A program made the position numbers and the translations under genes. The notes beneath the pieces were generated by a model. It was not told where the DNA came from and searched no databases. It saw only the letters and a program-made list of their open reading frames with translations. From positions 20,116 through 84,115 of the forward strand of contig JAEOTM010000066.1 of assembly GCA_016839815.1 (NCBI GenBank): 64,000 bases of DNA, read 5' to 3'. This DNA is from Candidatus Hodarchaeota archaeon. Its GTDB lineage: Archaea > Asgardarchaeota > Heimdallarchaeia > Hodarchaeales > Hodarchaeaceae. Below are positions 62,634 through 64,000 of this stretch, piece by piece. Position 1 is the first letter of the stretch. Each line of letters starts with the position of its first letter.

Positions 62634-63545
62634 TTAAATTTTTGTGATTTCCTTCGCATTTATGAGGTCAATAAACTTATGAACCTCATTATAGGAACAA
62701 TGATCTGAATAGGGGAAGTAATGGACATCTAATCGTTTAGAGAGTAATTCGATTGCCCAACCTGTAGGTGAGATTCGCAAGGAGTTCATCAAGCGTGCTT
62801 CTGTCTGTTGATCTAATCCCGAAAGGTTTTCTACTCGTCTTCTACTCTCAACGCATATCCCAGACTCTGGATCATCAGTAAAAATGTTCCAATCTCCTCC
62901 AATTTCCTTATAAATTTCTACTTTTTTATCAGGAGCGAATATCTTAACCTTTAATGCATCACTTATCGTTTTTAACAATTTTTCCTTTCCTATCTGATAT
63001 GCAGCAATCCAAATTTATTTTTGAGGATAGTTACCTTCCGTTAGCATCAGCGCTAAGATTTCTGAGATTAAATCCTTTCGTGATGGAAATTTGTACTTGG
63101 GATTCTTACCATATGTGTAATCCACCCATAGATGATCTGCATTACTCAGAAGATCTAATTCATCTAGAATGGGAGTTCCCAAGCGAAAATCTCCTGTATA
63201 AACTTCTTTTATATGCTCTGTTGAATCAATTACAAACATTAGACTGCCTAAACAATGATTTGCGTCTATTGCGTGTACCACAAAATCATCGAAATCTAAA
63301 GATTGGTTTGTGTCCATAATCAGACATTTTTCTTTAGGAATCCTATGTAGAACTTTGAGAGCAGCAGCTGTTTCTCTAGAACAAACTATAGTTGCATCAG
63401 AGGAGGAAAGAACTGATTGTATTCCACTAGTGTGATCACTATGAGCATGAGAAAGAAAAAAGTAATCGGACGAGATAGCTAGCTTTTTTCTCTGACGAAA
63501 CGGAAATTCATCGAAATAACTATTTGCTACCTTTGAAAAAACCAT
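62634..63545 (-). pseudogene. SNM1/Apollo/Artemis-like beta-CASP nuclease interrupted by one in-frame TAA (63017-63015)
   Basis: SHAHSDH, DANHCLG, YTGDFR, DYTY...YKFP | * | IWIAAYQIGKE, PTGW, PYSDHCS; both track ORFs share one frame. Confidence 0.8.
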
Positions 63546-63740
63546 TAATCTTCCCCGAGAGTTCCGTAATTCTAGAACCTTGTTTTCTTAATTAACACAT
63601 TACATTTTATGGAGGAATTAATTAATTTTAGGTTTCAAAAATTGGATCAACTATAGGATATGGATGAGTTTATTTCTGCTTCTATTCTGAAAAAACTACA
63701 GAAAACATACCCATCCCTACCAACATAACAGGTCAATGTT

Positions 63741-63767
63741 AGAAAGAAAGAAAAAAATAATAAAAAG
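63741..63767 (-). terminator. T-rich terminator after the 5S locus
   Basis: Minus strand CTTTTTATTATTTTTTTCTTTCTTTCT immediately after the outer stem. Confidence 0.55.
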
Positions 63768-63807
63768 TGTTTGAATCTCAAAGCGCTTTTTCTCTAGGGG
63801 ACATTGT

Positions 63808-63927
63808 TTCCGGGTTCGGAATGAGACCGGGTGTGACTCAGGCCCTTTGGCCGAAGAACCTTCAGCTTTCCGATGTTCCCGTAGGCGCGAGCACAACAGT
63901 ACAGATCAGAACGGAGCCTGACTTAAC
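63808..63927 (-). rRNA. rrf: 5S rRNA gene, circularly permuted (3' half 63927-63861, linker GGTTC, 5' half 63855-63808)
   Basis: Conserved 5S segments CACACCCGGTCTCATTCCGAACCCGGAA and GTTAAG...GTACTG...GGGAAC occur in swapped order; helices I (TTCGGC/GCTGAA), II (GCCTGA/TCAGGC), III (CCGG/CCGG) and V (TTCTGAT/ATCGGAA) all form. Confidence 0.92.
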
Positions 63928-64000
63928 TTTCGGCAATATCTCACAGGATATTTTAGCGCGTGTTTCAGCACAAGACGTCTGTTTGCGAGATTACAAACCA

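Noticed and set aside
62978-63017. Programmed frameshift or Sec/Pyl recoding in the SNM1-like gene
   Set aside because: Both parts are in the same frame, and the stop is TAA rather than TGA or TAG.
2092-63319. Many short overlapping ORFs in the track (e.g. 2105-2335, 5561-5773, 18810-19223, 22121-22672, 33424-33675, 38751-38960, 53310-53732, 62954-63319)
   Set aside because: They are antisense or alternate-frame shadows of well-supported genes, or motif-less low-complexity ORFs.
63780-64000. Two tandem 5S genes, each truncated or intron-containing
   Set aside because: No second 3' half lies downstream (63550-63800). The halves are non-overlapping, add up to exactly one 5S, and their flanks pair with each other.
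63941-64000. 3' end of a 23S rRNA gene upstream of 5S
   Set aside because: No recognisable 23S 3'-terminal sequence; the segment is better explained as the 5' arm of the outer stem. The window edge limits certainty.
1-64000. CRISPR arrays, IS elements, integrases or proviral genes (including next to the five tRNA genes)
   Set aside because: No repeat-spacer periodicity, transposase or integrase motifs, or duplicated tRNA 3' ends were seen.

Overview
AT-rich archaeal chromosome segment. It is most likely from an Asgard archaeon (Heimdallarchaeia/Hodarchaeales-like); this is inferred from the longin, RING, AN1, JAMM and SNM1-like proteins, RpoG next to SmAP3, and broken-up ribosomal operons. 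Most genes are core informational or housekeeping genes: RPA subunits, ndk, hppA, rpoE1-spt4-DPCK-S24e-S27ae-kae1-bud32, fibrillarin/nop5, divergent tbp/tfb, L3-L4-L23-L2, S13-S4-S11, cbf5-L14e, an endA-like gene with PINA, and hsp20-cdc48-PAC2-regulator-tmcA. There are five tRNA genes, three with introns. Four coding regions missing from the ORF track were recovered: an RPA32-like partial gene, S27ae, Sec61beta and eL41. No CRISPR array, transposase or prophage was seen. The strongest finding is at the right end: a circularly permuted 5S rRNA gene (3' half before 5' half) whose flanks fold into a bulge-helix-bulge-like motif. Canonical splicing-endonuclease cuts followed by ligation would exactly restore the conserved CCCGGAA|GUUAAG junction and give a 120-nt circle. 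Other leads are a longin-Bet3/V4R (TRAPP-like) fusion, a tandem pair of coiled-coil/winged-helix proteins, a membrane-anchored alpha-solenoid-RING protein, a 10-TM repeat protein with a polyproline tail, an SNM1/Apollo-like nuclease with an in-frame TAA, and probable CTG and ATA start codons. All protein family calls come from motif recognition by eye, not from database searches.
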